A stretch of 56,058 nt of DNA, filler included, from Bipalium vagum (lineage: Eukaryota), in NCBI GenBank assembly GCA_037834085.1. It is 3 parts of 3 records of this genome, joined end to end, with 100 filler letters (N's around TTAATTAATTAA, not from the genome) between each part and the next. Parts side by side here need not be neighbours in the genome. Positions count along the whole stretch, not along the records: positions 1 to 22,377 come from JBBMKC010222126.1; positions 22,478 to 38,527 come from JBBMKC010129878.1; 1 more part is not named here. One strand, 5' to 3'. A program made the position numbers and the translations under genes. This document shows, piece by piece, positions 15,584-28,500 of the stretch. The notes below the pieces were generated by a model, which was not told the origin of the DNA, did no database searches, and was given only the letters and a program-made list of their open reading frames with translations. Within the stretch, counting starts at the first letter, position 1. Every line of letters starts with the position of its first letter.

Positions 15584-16778
15584 TTAAGAGTGCATATATT
15601 CTGGTCTAAAATTAAAACGAGCAATAACCTTAGTTATATTTAAAATAAAAATAAATAAAATAATTCTTAAATATCAGAATATCTAATGTAAGCTTGTATA
15701 GATTCAGAAATACTGTTTGTTTAAATAAATACTTAAATGGCTCAATAAATGAATGTCAAATTTACATTTCAGGCATGTATTAATGGTTTTATTTTATATA
15801 CGAAAATCAATTACGGAAGTGTATCAAATGGTTGAAGAAACATGCTGTTGAGATTCCATCGTTATTAAACTAAGAATTCTACTTTATGAGATTTAAATCA
15901 GATAACTTCGATTTTAATGATAAGGAAAGACAAAGTCAGCTAATAAAGTTTGAAGATAGTAAATTATAAGATTTGTTGAATGAGAACCCTGCTCAAACAG
16001 AGAAACTGTTAGCTGTAATACTAAACACACACGCAGTAGAAAATTCAAATGGAGGGAAAACGATTCCCTCATAATTTGAGTGAAAATACTATCTGTAATC
16101 GTTTAAATATAGCCACATCTTTACTTACCAGACAGAGAAAAGAATATTTTGTGACGAACTGTTACGGGATATGAAAAATGAATTTATTTCCATAACTCTA
16201 AACGAAAAAAATCAAACATCAATGTCAACCATATGGCGGAATAATTATGATAAGAAAGGTATGCTTCATATTTGGTAGGATATGGTAGGTGTCGTGTACT
16301 ATGAAGTTTTGAAAACATAGGGAACAGCTATGGAGAACAATATCAACATAAACTAAAAATATTAAATGATAAATTTATTAAAAGAAGACATATTATGTAA
16401 TAAATGTTCTTTCGCATCACAATTCGAGGTCACATCTTTATTTAATCATCAAGCAAACACTGTTAGACCTGCAATTTAAAATTCTTCCGCATATTTTTCA
16501 GACATAGATCCAACAGATTTTCATTTATTCACGACAATGGTACATTCTCTTAAAGATAAAAAATTTAATTCCCATGAAAATGTTCAAAGTTGGATGCCTA
16601 ATTGAATTCATTCTAAACGAAAATCATTTTATATCCCCGTGGAATATCCATGTTGTTCGATTTATGGGAGAAAGGCATCTTTAACGATTAAAATATTTTG
16701 ATTAATTTTAATGTCTATTTGTCATAAAATAAATATCAAAAGTTGTTTAAGAAGTCAAAAATGAATGCATCCTCCTAA
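15584..16778 (+). mobile_element. near full-length decayed mariner
   Basis: HFRHVLM at the start, TGYEK*IYFHNSKRKK, *DMVGVVYYEVLK, DIDPTDFHLF, and WEK...YFD* at the end; imperfect TIRs TTAAGAGTGCAT / ATGCATCCTCCTAA with TA flanks; ~1.2 kb. Confidence 0.8.
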
Positions 16779-17579
16779 TAATATTTTTTTAAAAAAATAG
16801 TTTAAAACATCTATTTAAAAATGCACATAATTAAACGTACAATTAATAACGGCTGAATTCATTTTGCTAAACTTTTTGTCATTGATTCCACAAATCTAAC
16901 AAAGTCAAAAAATAACAAGTACTTTCTTTTGTGAACAGAGACCCAATTTTTCCAAAAGGTGGGTGGATGTTCAAAAAATTATTTTATTTATCTCGTTCAT
17001 TAAAATAAAGTGATTTTAGGCTGAAAAGTAATTTGGTTTAAATTAAGTAATGATTTGAGATTGATAAAAGAACTGAATTAGATGATTAAAGAAAATTTTC
17101 GATTTTTGAAAAATTTATCGATTACCTTTTATATTATTAACTTTTTATATAACCTTGAACTTAAAATTTACTGACTCTTTTAACTTGTTCATTTAAGATT
17201 GAATACAAAATAATCACAAAACCTTTATAATCGAAAACAAGGATTTACAATTTCACTCAAAGTAACAAAATCACATTTAATCTAAAAGTAAAAATAAATT
17301 CAACTATAAATAATCAAATAAGAAAAAATTCCTTAAGTTAATCAATTGAATATTCAAATCACTCTGTAATGAGGTAATTATTGATTAAAAATTTATGATG
17401 AAAGAATAAATTAAAGTAAGTGATTAATCTTTTTTAACAAAATAAAACAATAATATTTAAAGCAAAAGATTAACAAGAAAAGAAAAATTAATCTCACCAG
17501 TAGTGGCCAAGTATATTTGTCAGTTTTGTTTAAATAAACATATCAATGTATTTATTTGAAATTGTAATTATAGTAAAAT

Positions 17580-18648
17580 GAATACAGAAAATTGCAATTC
17601 GAGGTTTGATCCGTCATTATTGAAATAGGCAGTTTACTATTGTTGTCACCACAAGAACTATTTTTAATATTGAAGAAAAATAAATTGACATCGAAAGACA
17701 TCAATAATCAACACCTGTAAAAACTTAGATACAACTATAAGCAGCCTAGATTAGATCTGCATGAGTCACTGGAACTTTAGAATCAAAGAAATTTTGAAAT
17801 CTGTAACATTATTTTGCAAAATCCTCCAGAAAACTGCTTTTGGGATCTCATTGTTACTATAGTTGAAAAATATACCTATTTTATTTTACCAATGGAAATG
17901 TCTGTTGCGGCTTTTCTTTGATCTTTTGTTTGTCTTGGGGTTTTTTGGATTTTGTGAGGGTAACCAATAACTTTAGTGAGCATCCCAACATCAGCATGAC
18001 AATGAGCTAGATCGCAGGCCACGTTCAACGCAAGATAAATTAACTATACTTGAAGGGATTTGGCTCTTGTCTCATGCTCCTTATAGTCCAGACCTGGAAT
18101 CCTCAGATTTTGCACTTTTAGATCGATATTATGCTTTCTGAGAGGACAGAAGTTTGTTAATCTTGAAGAAGAGAAATTTTGCAAGACGTTCTCTGCTTCA
18201 GTCTAAAGAATGGCTCAGTGTAAAAATAAAAAAACTTGCCGAAATAGGGCAGAAATTTTTTACATAATAATGTAATTTATTTTTAAAAATAATAAGGTAT
18301 TGTGGAGACTCACACCGAAGGGTGTTCTATCTTGTCCTAAGTCATCATTCTTCTCTTGGTTCTACCTTAAACTTAATTTGTAACTAAAAATCCTATTGTA
18401 GATTTATTACAAATATATCTTATGAAACATAATAGTTATCTTGGTTGATAATTTATTTAAAGTGCTTAATCTTTATTCAGTGTTTCACAATCGATTTATT
18501 TTTCAGTTAATTTTTACATTGTAATTTTAAACATGAACATTTTTACTCTTACGTTACACGCATATAATTCCGTATGATTTTTTCCTTCTGGTATTTTTTC
18601 TTATAAATGCCTCATGAATTCACGGAAATTTTTCTATACAACCTGATA
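17580..18648 (+). mobile_element. decayed mariner relic
   Basis: IRGLIRHY*N near the start; QHDN and HAPYSPDLESSDF at ~17990-18110; a mariner-type end TATACAACCTGA|TA at ~18635-18648. Confidence 0.65.
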
Positions 18649-20129
18649 TCTAATACAACATAGGCAACAATCACAGACAAAATTGTCAATAATTCAATAT
18701 TGAGGAGACATGCATAATATAAGTATAAATAAATCTGGTTCAATTTCTATGAGATAAGATAAGTAAGCAAAAGGGTATTCCCCGGATTTTGGTGTTTTTG
18801 TGTGGGTGCTGCAAAGGTGTGTTGACGGAAATCATCGTTGATCTCATTTGTAACTGGTTCGGAGAAGAAAATTTTGTTTTAAATTATAATAAATAGCCTC
18901 AACTAAATGGGATTAATTATATATTTGGAGTTGTACAGGTACAGGTGACTGATAAGATGACTGATTGGAAAGGATTTTTTTCTTTATTAGCGGTCAACAT
19001 TAGTAGTTTGGTTAGTTATATTTTTCATTTTTTATGGTTACGAAATAGATAATTTCATTTTAATTTTACTCAGTTTCTTTTGTTATTTAGTTTCTTAATT
19101 TATTTTTATTAATATTTTAAAACGAATTCCAATGATGCTGTTATTGACATTGCACTCACATTTGAGTTGATTAAAGTCATTTTACATGATGCAATAATTG
19201 GTGTGAGATATTGTTGAAAATTTTGCATGTGAATTTCGAAGAAAAATTTTTAAAGAAAATTCTGAAGACGCAGTGGAATAAAATAAGAATTGACTTCAGC
19301 TCTACATAGATTTTTCTTTTATTTACTTGTTAGCTTATTTTTTCATTTATTTCTACCCGCTTGTCGAAATAAATATTATTGATTTAAAAATTTGAGTTAG
19401 ATCAGATCAGAGAAGCCCCAAGATTTCAGTTAACATTTTCATTAAATACAAACATTACTTAATTTTTATTTCGTTAATGCGCATTACTACACTATTTTAT
19501 TCATTTTATTATTATTCTTAATAAAATTATTCTTCTAATAATATTATTATTCTTTGCTTATTATGATTATATTATAAAGGTTATTATAAAAATTAAAGAT
19601 AATAAGCAGTTGATCGTATATAAGCTCATAATTTTTTTGACAGATAATATTTTATTTATTTCTTTAATTTTGTGATTTAATTAATTATTATTAATTAATT
19701 ATTAATTAAAATTATTATAAAAAAAGAATTCTTAAAATTAAAATCAATATATTTTACACTATTAATTGTTGATCACCATCATTTGATTCCCAATACTCAA
19801 AATAATCCAGGTCAGTAAAACAGTATTAAATTCTTTATTTATCCGATTCCATTGATTTACCTTCAACTCATTTCTTTTTCTTTATCTTAGATCCCAACAG
19901 TATTATTTTTACACATTTAAAAATTAAAATTTTCACTAAAAAATTTAATATTTAAATGAATTTAGTTGCTTTTATTTTGTTTCTTTCTAAATAAGAATTA
20001 TACGAATTACCTACCAATTATATATAATAATTTTTTATTACTCATTTTTCTTAACTATTTATCCTTAAATGCCCATCAAATGAAAAGGTACTAGTTTTAA
20101 CCAACATCCATTTTTTATGAGATATAATA

Positions 20130-20262
20130 NNNNNNNNNNNNNNNNNNNNNNNNNNNNNNNNNNNNNNNNNNNNNNNNNNNNNNNNNNNNNNNNNNNNNNN
20201 NNNNNNNNNNNNNNNNNNNNNNNNNNNNNNNNNNNNNNNNNNNNNNNNNNNNNNNNNNNNNN
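20130..20262. other. assembly gap (N run)
   Basis: Run of 133 N. Confidence 0.95.
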
Positions 20263-20686
20263 TATTATAGAAGTAATATAAATAGACATAGGTTACAATG
20301 TTTCGTGATATTATTTATTATATAATGAAAAATAGTGATCAAAGATTGTTTACTCCAAAACAAGAAAACGTTAATTATTCTAGACATTAATTAATTTTAA
20401 GAAATTCTAACGTAAAAAAACTGTAAGAAAAAACTTTGAATATAAATCACATCATTTTCTTTTGCCCCATAATATTATATTAATTAAAGGCAATGTAATA
20501 ATTTTCAAGGGTTATAATTTCACATGAGACGTTTATAGAGTATTTCATTCTGAAGTGCAAGAAAAGTAAATCAATAAAATTTGGATTTTTGAAATAAAGA
20601 GTATAAATAAAAGATAAAAATTTATACAGAAATAGTTTTTATATATAAATGATCAATAAATCACAAGTTTCAAATGCTTTCATAAA

Positions 20687-21972
20687 TCACTTTGTGGAGT
20701 CTGATTTTTCTGTTAATCCTAAAAATTCCTTCATCAAATGTGAAGCGTAAAGGGTTGAAGAATGCTGCTTTATGGAATCTGAATTGCAATGACTCAAAGA
20801 TTTGGTAAAGGTTATTTCATCGCACGCTTGATCTTCCTCACAGTCCATTTTTTCTTTGAAGTTATCTTTACTGCTACATTCCAGTTCTGTATCAGATTTG
20901 TTGGATTTACTCGTTTTTTTATATTTCATTCTCCTGTTTTGGAACCACGTTTTCACCTGAAAAATATACCACATCAGTCAGATCACTTTGGAAACAATTG
21001 ACACAACATGAATTTTTAATTCTTTTATTTTTCAACTTAATTAAAAATATTTTATTTTTTAAAAAGATTTTGATTATATTTCTGCACTTGGTATTTATAA
21101 TCGATAAAAGTATTGTTTTATAAATTTATCAATATAAAGTTGAAAAGTAAATTTTCATTGACACCGGATTTTATAAGAATCTTACTTGACTTTCAGAGAG
21201 ATTCAACTGATTTGCAAGTTCGATTCTTTCGGGAGTAGAAAGATACCTCTGGTTTTCAAATCGCTTTTCCAAACCATTTAATTGTTGGTCGCTAAACACC
21301 GTTCTAGCTTTTCTTCTTCGACTATGTTTGTTTGTCATATCTGATGAATATATCAACGGAAAGGAAGGATAACCTGTAATTCAATATAAACCCACTAATT
21401 TTACCATGAATACAACGACCTGATTCGGAGAATATAAATCCAGGATCATTTAGTCTCTGTGCAAAGGTCATGGTTTTGTGGTTCAGAAAGTTATTATAAA
21501 TGTTGAAAAGAGAAAACCCCGGATTAATAGATTCATCTATAGATCTAGCTGGCCATTTTGACATAATTGGTTCGACATTATTATTGTTGACTTTATTATT
21601 ATTGTTATTATAAACATTATTGTAGTTATAATTATAAAAATTATTACTGTTGACATTATTAGTATTATTATTTAGAGCATTTATTTGAAGAAAGCTGTTT
21701 ACTGAATTCAATCCTGACATGGTTGATGGGAAAGAATTGAGTCTTGTACATACTGTATTACTATCAACTTGAGTATTGGACATACTTATTTTATTACGAT
21801 TGTCGCAAAATTGTGGATCAACTTGGGTTGTTATTATAGGAAATTGTAATGGAGGAGTACTGTAAATTTCGTTTTCAATTTGATTCATGGATTCAGGAAT
21901 GTTAATCTGATTTGCTTTCGAAGAAGAGGATAAGATATTTAGGATATCAAAGCCGCTTTTTGGTTTGCCCAT
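20687..21972 (-). CDS. Bsx: brain-specific homeobox protein (Bsx/bsh), 3 exons, ~336 aa
   Basis: Exons 21972-21420, 21373-21186 and 20956-20687 (alternative first donor at 21404). The spliced homeodomain [45 protein letters not shown]|[14 protein letters not shown] is characteristic of Bsx/bsh. N-terminal eh1-like FDILNIL and an Asn-rich tract. Confidence 0.93.
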
Positions 21973-21989
21973 ATAAGTATGACAAAGCT

Positions 21990-22170
21990 TCGATTAAGAA
22001 ACAGTGTTAAGTAATGAATATCGCCTTGCAAACCAATTAAATAACAAATTATAACATGGAACGCGAATTGGACCAATAGAATTCGTCGACGAAAAACGAT
22101 AGTCTATTCGTTCAAGACTAACACAAAGGGGAATTTTCCTTTAGCTTTTCTCACCCGTTAATTATTAATG
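21990..22170 (-). promoter_or_regulatory. putative Bsx proximal promoter/5' region
   Basis: GC-richer CpG-containing patch directly upstream of the ATG, with CCAAT boxes at ~22033 and ~22073 and ATTGG at ~22067. Confidence 0.35.
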
Positions 22171-22377
22171 AATAACTAAAAAATATTTTTCAAGAAAGAC
22201 TTTCAAAATTTCTTTCTTTAAATAAATTAAAATGTCTAACCCATGAATATTCTAGTGACAAACGATCATTTTTATGCTTGTCAACAAAATAATATATAAT
22301 TATGATAAAAATTCCTACATCGATTTTTTAAATTAATTTATAAAAAAAATTGCTAATAATAATAATAAATAATAAAT

Positions 22378-22477
22378 NNNNNNNNNNNNNNNNNNNNNNN
22401 NNNNNNNNNNNNNNNNNNNNNTTAATTAATTAANNNNNNNNNNNNNNNNNNNNNNNNNNNNNNNNNNNNNNNNNNNN
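22378..22477. other. 100-bp scaffolding gap with artificial spacer
   Basis: 44 N + TTAATTAATTAA + 44 N. Confidence 0.95.

Positions 22478-22547
<70 letters not shown>
22478..22547. repeat. (TAT)n microsatellite
   Basis: About 23 perfect TAT units next to the gap. Confidence 0.95.
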
Positions 22548-22592
22548 TGTAAACAGTAAGAGACACTTGGCTTAAAAATTCAAATGTTATAG

Positions 22593-25500
22593 GCTATGGT
22601 TTTAGCTGGTGTTGGAAATTGCAAACAAATTGTAAATACAAATTTGCGAAGAAGGTTACCCGAAATACCTCAAGTTAATAAAAATACGATGCCGTTTAAT
22701 CCATATGAAAAATCTATGGCTAATCAATTGCGCAATATTAGAAAATCCAACATGGATGTCTTACCAAGAAAAGAAGAATACCACAGAGAATTTATTAATA
22801 ATTCGAAATATATTAACGATTCTGATAATGAATCTTATAAAGGTGAAGATATTTCACAAGACCCTTGTGATGTTGATCCGTGGCAATTCAGTCCTCCTCC
22901 AACTCCCGCCCCTGATAATAATATCTGTTATCAAAGAGATAAAATTAAAAAGGTTTCATTATTTGCATATTAGTATTATTGTTAATTGTTAATTTTGTTA
23001 TTATTACAATTTTTCGTAAAAATTTGAAAATTATTTTAAAACATTTTCAAATTAGGAAAACGTTCCTTTACAAAAACCGAAAGTCGAATATTATAATTCG
23101 TTGAGAAAGCCTGAGAGACCGCCTCGTGATGTACACCGTCAGTGTTCTTTAGAAGAAGAGCACCTTAGATTAGCTGATGATTTTGAGGGTATTGATCACA
23201 ATATAGGCCCAAATCAATATTGTGAAGAGTATAATCCATATGAAATTAAATATGGCTTTCCACACCACAGACCTCAAGTTCTTATTCCTAAAAGTTACTA
23301 TGTTCATTCCAAAATACCCCTCAATCCAATGCCAGATTTAATATCAAACACAGACTGGCTTTTTGAAAAATGTCAGAATGTTCCAATGGTTAAAAATAGA
23401 ATCTACCCAGTGAGAATTGTTAACACTTTTTAAATTTTCAATAATCTTATAATAATAAATACAAAACTAGAAACATTTTTCTATTTCAACTATTATAATC
23501 TATATTAAAATATTAACATAAGAATTATACAAAAAAATCATGTAAAAACATTTTATAATAATTTAACTTATGCAAATAATAATATTATTTATGAAGTAAA
23601 ATTAATTGAATTAATGAAGCAAAATTAGGTCAAGCTGAAAATTTTTGGTTTATTTCTTTCCCTTTAAAAATTTTTTAAAAATAATATATGAAATTACTTT
23701 TCTAAATACTTGTTTTAATATTAACAATTGTAATATAAAATAAATTGCGGGAAATTTGAAAATTATGGCACAAATTTTGTGATCAACTGAAAAATGGGTA
23801 AAAGTGGAGTTTAGGAGTCCTTATTATTTCAATAAATTTTTATTATTACAATTGATTTTTTATTGATTGAATTATAATTTTAATTTAAAAAGATATATAT
23901 TTAAAATTAATATGACCGGACGAAAAAAATAAAAGTTAAGAATGTGTGAAAGATTGTACAGCATCACATTCATCATTATTTGACTAATGGTCCTTTATTA
24001 AAAATCATATCTAGCCGAGGCAATGTGGCGATCAAATCTAAAAATGATGCTTTTGTGTCGATTTTGTATGAAATTATGTATGATTAAAAATTGTAAAGAA
24101 AATTATTATTTCTTACTTTTTAATTTCCAACTATTATTTAAATATTTTTATCAATAAAAAATCAATTGTAATAATAATTTAATAATATGGACCCTTACAG
24201 TCCATTTTTATCGACAAAATGTAACAATATTAACTGACTGAACTTGTCCACTTGCTTGGTAGCCATAACATCATTCGTTTCTCCTTAAAAAGATTGCAAG
24301 ACGACCATGGAAATTTTTTATTTTGACAAATTATAACTTAATGGCCTTTAAAAAAATAATGTAAATTAGAAAATTAAATCTATTTAAAATTTATTATAAA
24401 TGATACAACATTTTTATTCAAATAATGTATAATTAGTGTTTACTGATCTATTAAGTCAGTGTTGCATTTGATTAAGGCATTTCTCATCCGGTCAAGTCAG
24501 TGTTACAAACACTTCAGTTGGATCTTTTTTTAATGTTATACTAACCTTTACAAAAAATATTCTGACCTAATCAAATGTATAAGTGACATAACTGATTATG
24601 ACACTGACTTAATAGATATACAGAATTTCCATGGTTTGACAGTTAACATTTGTTTCAATATTTAGATTTGTTCTTGCAGAAAATAAGTGATAAAAGACCT
24701 ATGGAGTTTAAATCAATAGATGTTAATACCTCCTAAAGTTGTTTTTTAAGCCTCTAAATAACCATTGTAAGGTGATGTCTCAGTTTAAATTTCATTTATC
24801 ACTCATAAAATTCGTGAATAGTTTAAAAATGATCGCAATTATTTTTACCAAATTTCAAACGAAATTATGTTCTGAGCACGGATGTCTTTTTTGGTAATGC
24901 AAAAAGAATTAAAATCGAATAAACTTTATTTAATTAAAAGGAGATGATTACCGTTCTCGGATTAAATTTTCGAATCTTTAAATGTTGGGTCAGTTGAATG
25001 ATTGCTTTCTCAAATTAATGTCAGATGGACAAAGGAAGATTTCATTAAGTAAATGTTGATATTCTATAATCAATTTCCAAATCATTTATGTAAATTCCTT
25101 AGTTTTCCACGATGCTTAATCAATCTGTTTATGCAAATTAGGGCCAATCTCCAGTGTCTGTGATAGAAATTCTAATATTTTATATTTTTTAAATATCAGC
25201 ATTGCCAATCTTATTTTAATGAAAATAAAATAAGGATTAAAATTTGTTTGGCTCCGTTTTGTTTTAACAGGCTAATTATAATTATTTTAAAGCTGAAACA
25301 TTAACATAATCCTTAACAAAAGTTATAAAATTTAAAAAATTGAAGATTTTAAGATCTTAAAATTTCTAAATAGTCGGTTAGAAAATAACGGAACTAAATC
25401 CAATTTCAATCTAAAAAATTATCAATGATAAGTACCATAAATATTGATGTTTGAGTGCAAAATTGAATGTTACTCGTTTTATTTGAAGTTTGTAAACCAT

Positions 25501-28500
25501 TATACCTATATATTAAATACGGAGGACTAAAAACTGCAAATTTTGAAAAAGAAAACTTAAACCAAATGTTCTGGTTGATTGTAACTTATTTTTTATTCTT
25601 TGTTTACTTTTATTGATCACATTTCATGTTATTCCGGTCTTTTATTATTAATTATAATAATCTTTAATTTTAAAAAAGTATTAAAATAAATAAAATGATT
25701 ACCTTTTTACAAAAATGTTGAAAATAATGATTGCTACTTTAAATATTATATTTTAAAGAAAAATGGCAGTTTTAATCAGATAATATATTAGGTCGCCTCA
25801 TAAGTTCTGTTGTTTTTCATTAACGTATATATTATTTTGTCACCGGATTTTTCGTGATCTTAAATAATAAATATTGATTAGCCATAAAAAATTTTAATTA
25901 ACCAATAATAATAATGAAAATTCAATTGATAAAGTAATTCACGCTGTTATTACAGACTTTCTTTCATCTTTTCCCAAATTTGCCGAAACCTTTATTTCAG
26001 AAATCCATAAATTTATTCAGAAAGAGATTGGCCAACTATTTTTGAAATCATCATCCTTCTTAAAAGTAATACGAGTTATTTGGTTAAACAGCAATTGGAA
26101 AAGATAGAATTCTGCTGACACAAGATCTGGATAATAAGGATGGTATTGAAGAACCTCTCAATCGAGCTCTTGGGTGATATTTGCTTTATGCTATTTAGTG
26201 TAATTATGGCTCGTTTAATAATATCGTTTACTCATACATATGACTTTTTGGATAATTTTCCGAAGTATGAGACAACCTCAATTTCACCGAACAGAGATAA
26301 TAATTTATTTGAGATGCATATCTTCTTTAATTCTGAGCGCTCCTGTGTAAACAAGAGTCAACCACTCCTTGTGATTCAAGTTTATTATTTTTAACTTTTT
26401 CAATTTTTCAGATTGTTCATTTAATTATGCGAAAATTTAAGGACTATCTAACAATCAGGGCCAAGAGGATGGTTGATCAAACTAAAAAAGACAATGTTCA
26501 GAATTCTATTATTTATAAACTACGAAAGGAAATAGACCACAAAGCAACTTCCAGTATTATTGCGGTGCATCTTGACGCATTGGCATCAGAACATTTCAGT
26601 CTTGGTTTTCCAAATTTAGAGAAGGAAGTTTTAATTTGGATACAATCCGCGTTTTAAATGTCATTCTGATGTCAAAAAGGACTTGTTTCGGAAATTAATT
26701 GAAGATGACCAACAACATAAATTGACTGAGATGTAGACTAAAGTGAGTTTGATGGAGTGACAATATCCTTGAAATTGGCAAGACTAGCAAATATTATCAA
26801 TTATCTTAACAATTGACTGATTTCCAAAGATTTGTGCTTTGACAATCTGCGCATCACTACTTTCCGAATATCAGAAAGTTTCATTGAATCGAATTTTTAT
26901 TGGAAACGAGAAATGGGTTGTATTTGATAATCCTAAGCACAAAAAAAAATAAGTTTTTTTGTGGTCAAGCTTGAGTATCACCAATAAAGTCAAATTTTAG
27001 AGGAAACTACATTTGTGGATTTGATGAAATGATACAAGCTGGATAAACTTTTATTGCGATCTAGGTTGTGATCAATGAAAAATTCACCAAGAAATTTCAG
27101 AAGAGATCAACTTGCAAATTGATAATTTTAAGCTATATGTTTTCAAGGGAAAAATTAAGAAGCTTAAACGGGAAATTATTGATCACCCACCGCTCAGTCC
27201 TGATGCTGCAACTTCTGATTATTATCTTTTCAAAGCGATGCAATACTACTTAGCTAGCAAAAGACTAAGCTTCTTTAAAAATACTAAAATACTCCTAATT
27301 TACTTTTTCAACAGTAACATGATTTCATAAATCAGGACTAGTAAATATCGTTTGTAATTGGAGAATTGTCACTGAAGGTCATGGAGCCTATTTTAATAAG
27401 TAAAATATTTTCTTTATCTCAATTTTTTAACTTTAGTGTTTGTAAAAATACCGTCAGAACTTATGAAACGACCCAATATATCTTCTAAAGTGATTATTGA
27501 AGGCAAATGGAACCCATTCCCTAAGATTATTTTAAATATATATTTAATTGATAACAAAATTAAATTACTTTTAACAGCAATTTCATTTTCAATGAACTTT
27601 TAAGACTTATAATAAACATAAAAACATTGATAACAAAAATGCCGGTTACAAATCTTCTATAGAAACACATGTCAGATACTTACGAAGTTTAATACTAAAT
27701 ATTCATTTTTCTTTAAATATAATTGTAATTTTAATAAAATTAATTGAGTGGATTAAAATTGTCTTGCCTAATGTATGAAGAAAACAGATATTTTGATGAA
27801 AGCTACGTTTGGGGTCAATGGGTTTCCAATTTATTTGTTGTAATTAAAACAATTATCAGATCTGTGAATGAAGAAAGTTAATTGTCCCACTGTCTTAGCA
27901 TTGATCATTATAAATATAAGGCAATTTCCTTTTAACCAGAAATAAGCTCACATAAATATTTTTCCATTTATTAAGGAAATTAATTCATTGAAATAGATAA
28001 TAATAATTATTATTACTATTGTCATCGTTCTTTTATGCTTTCTATATAGTAAAATTAAGCTTGAAATCTACGGATTTTTATTTATTTCTAACCAAGATCG
28101 TGTTTACTGAAACAAATTATATTAACAAAATTGTCAAATCTCTATTTTAAAATTTATTCATTTAATTTAATGACAAGGGATTATTGTAAAATATAATTAT
28201 TTATTTATTGATTTAATTCTAATAGTAACGGTGAACCATTTATTGATTTCAAATAATTATTTTAATAAAATTAAATTTTACATTATTTTATGTTTAACGT
28301 TAATTTATTTATTATTAAATTAACCTTGACCTGATATACTGATATATATATATATCAATCTATCAACTGTGAAATTTACAAAATGAAAAAATAAGTTTAC
28401 TGATGAATTACAAATACAAGAAATTAGGTTATTCATTTAAGTATGCACTCATATTGTTTATACACTTTTTCCATTAAAGCAGCAGTTTGTTCAGGTCAGT

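Noticed and set aside
20065-20289. ORF containing an X run
   Set aside because: Artefact of the N gap.
22422-22433. Palindromic TTAATTAATTAA, also at 38572-38583, as a biological site
   Set aside because: Centred in identical 100-bp N gaps and encoding stops in all six frames; an assembly spacer.
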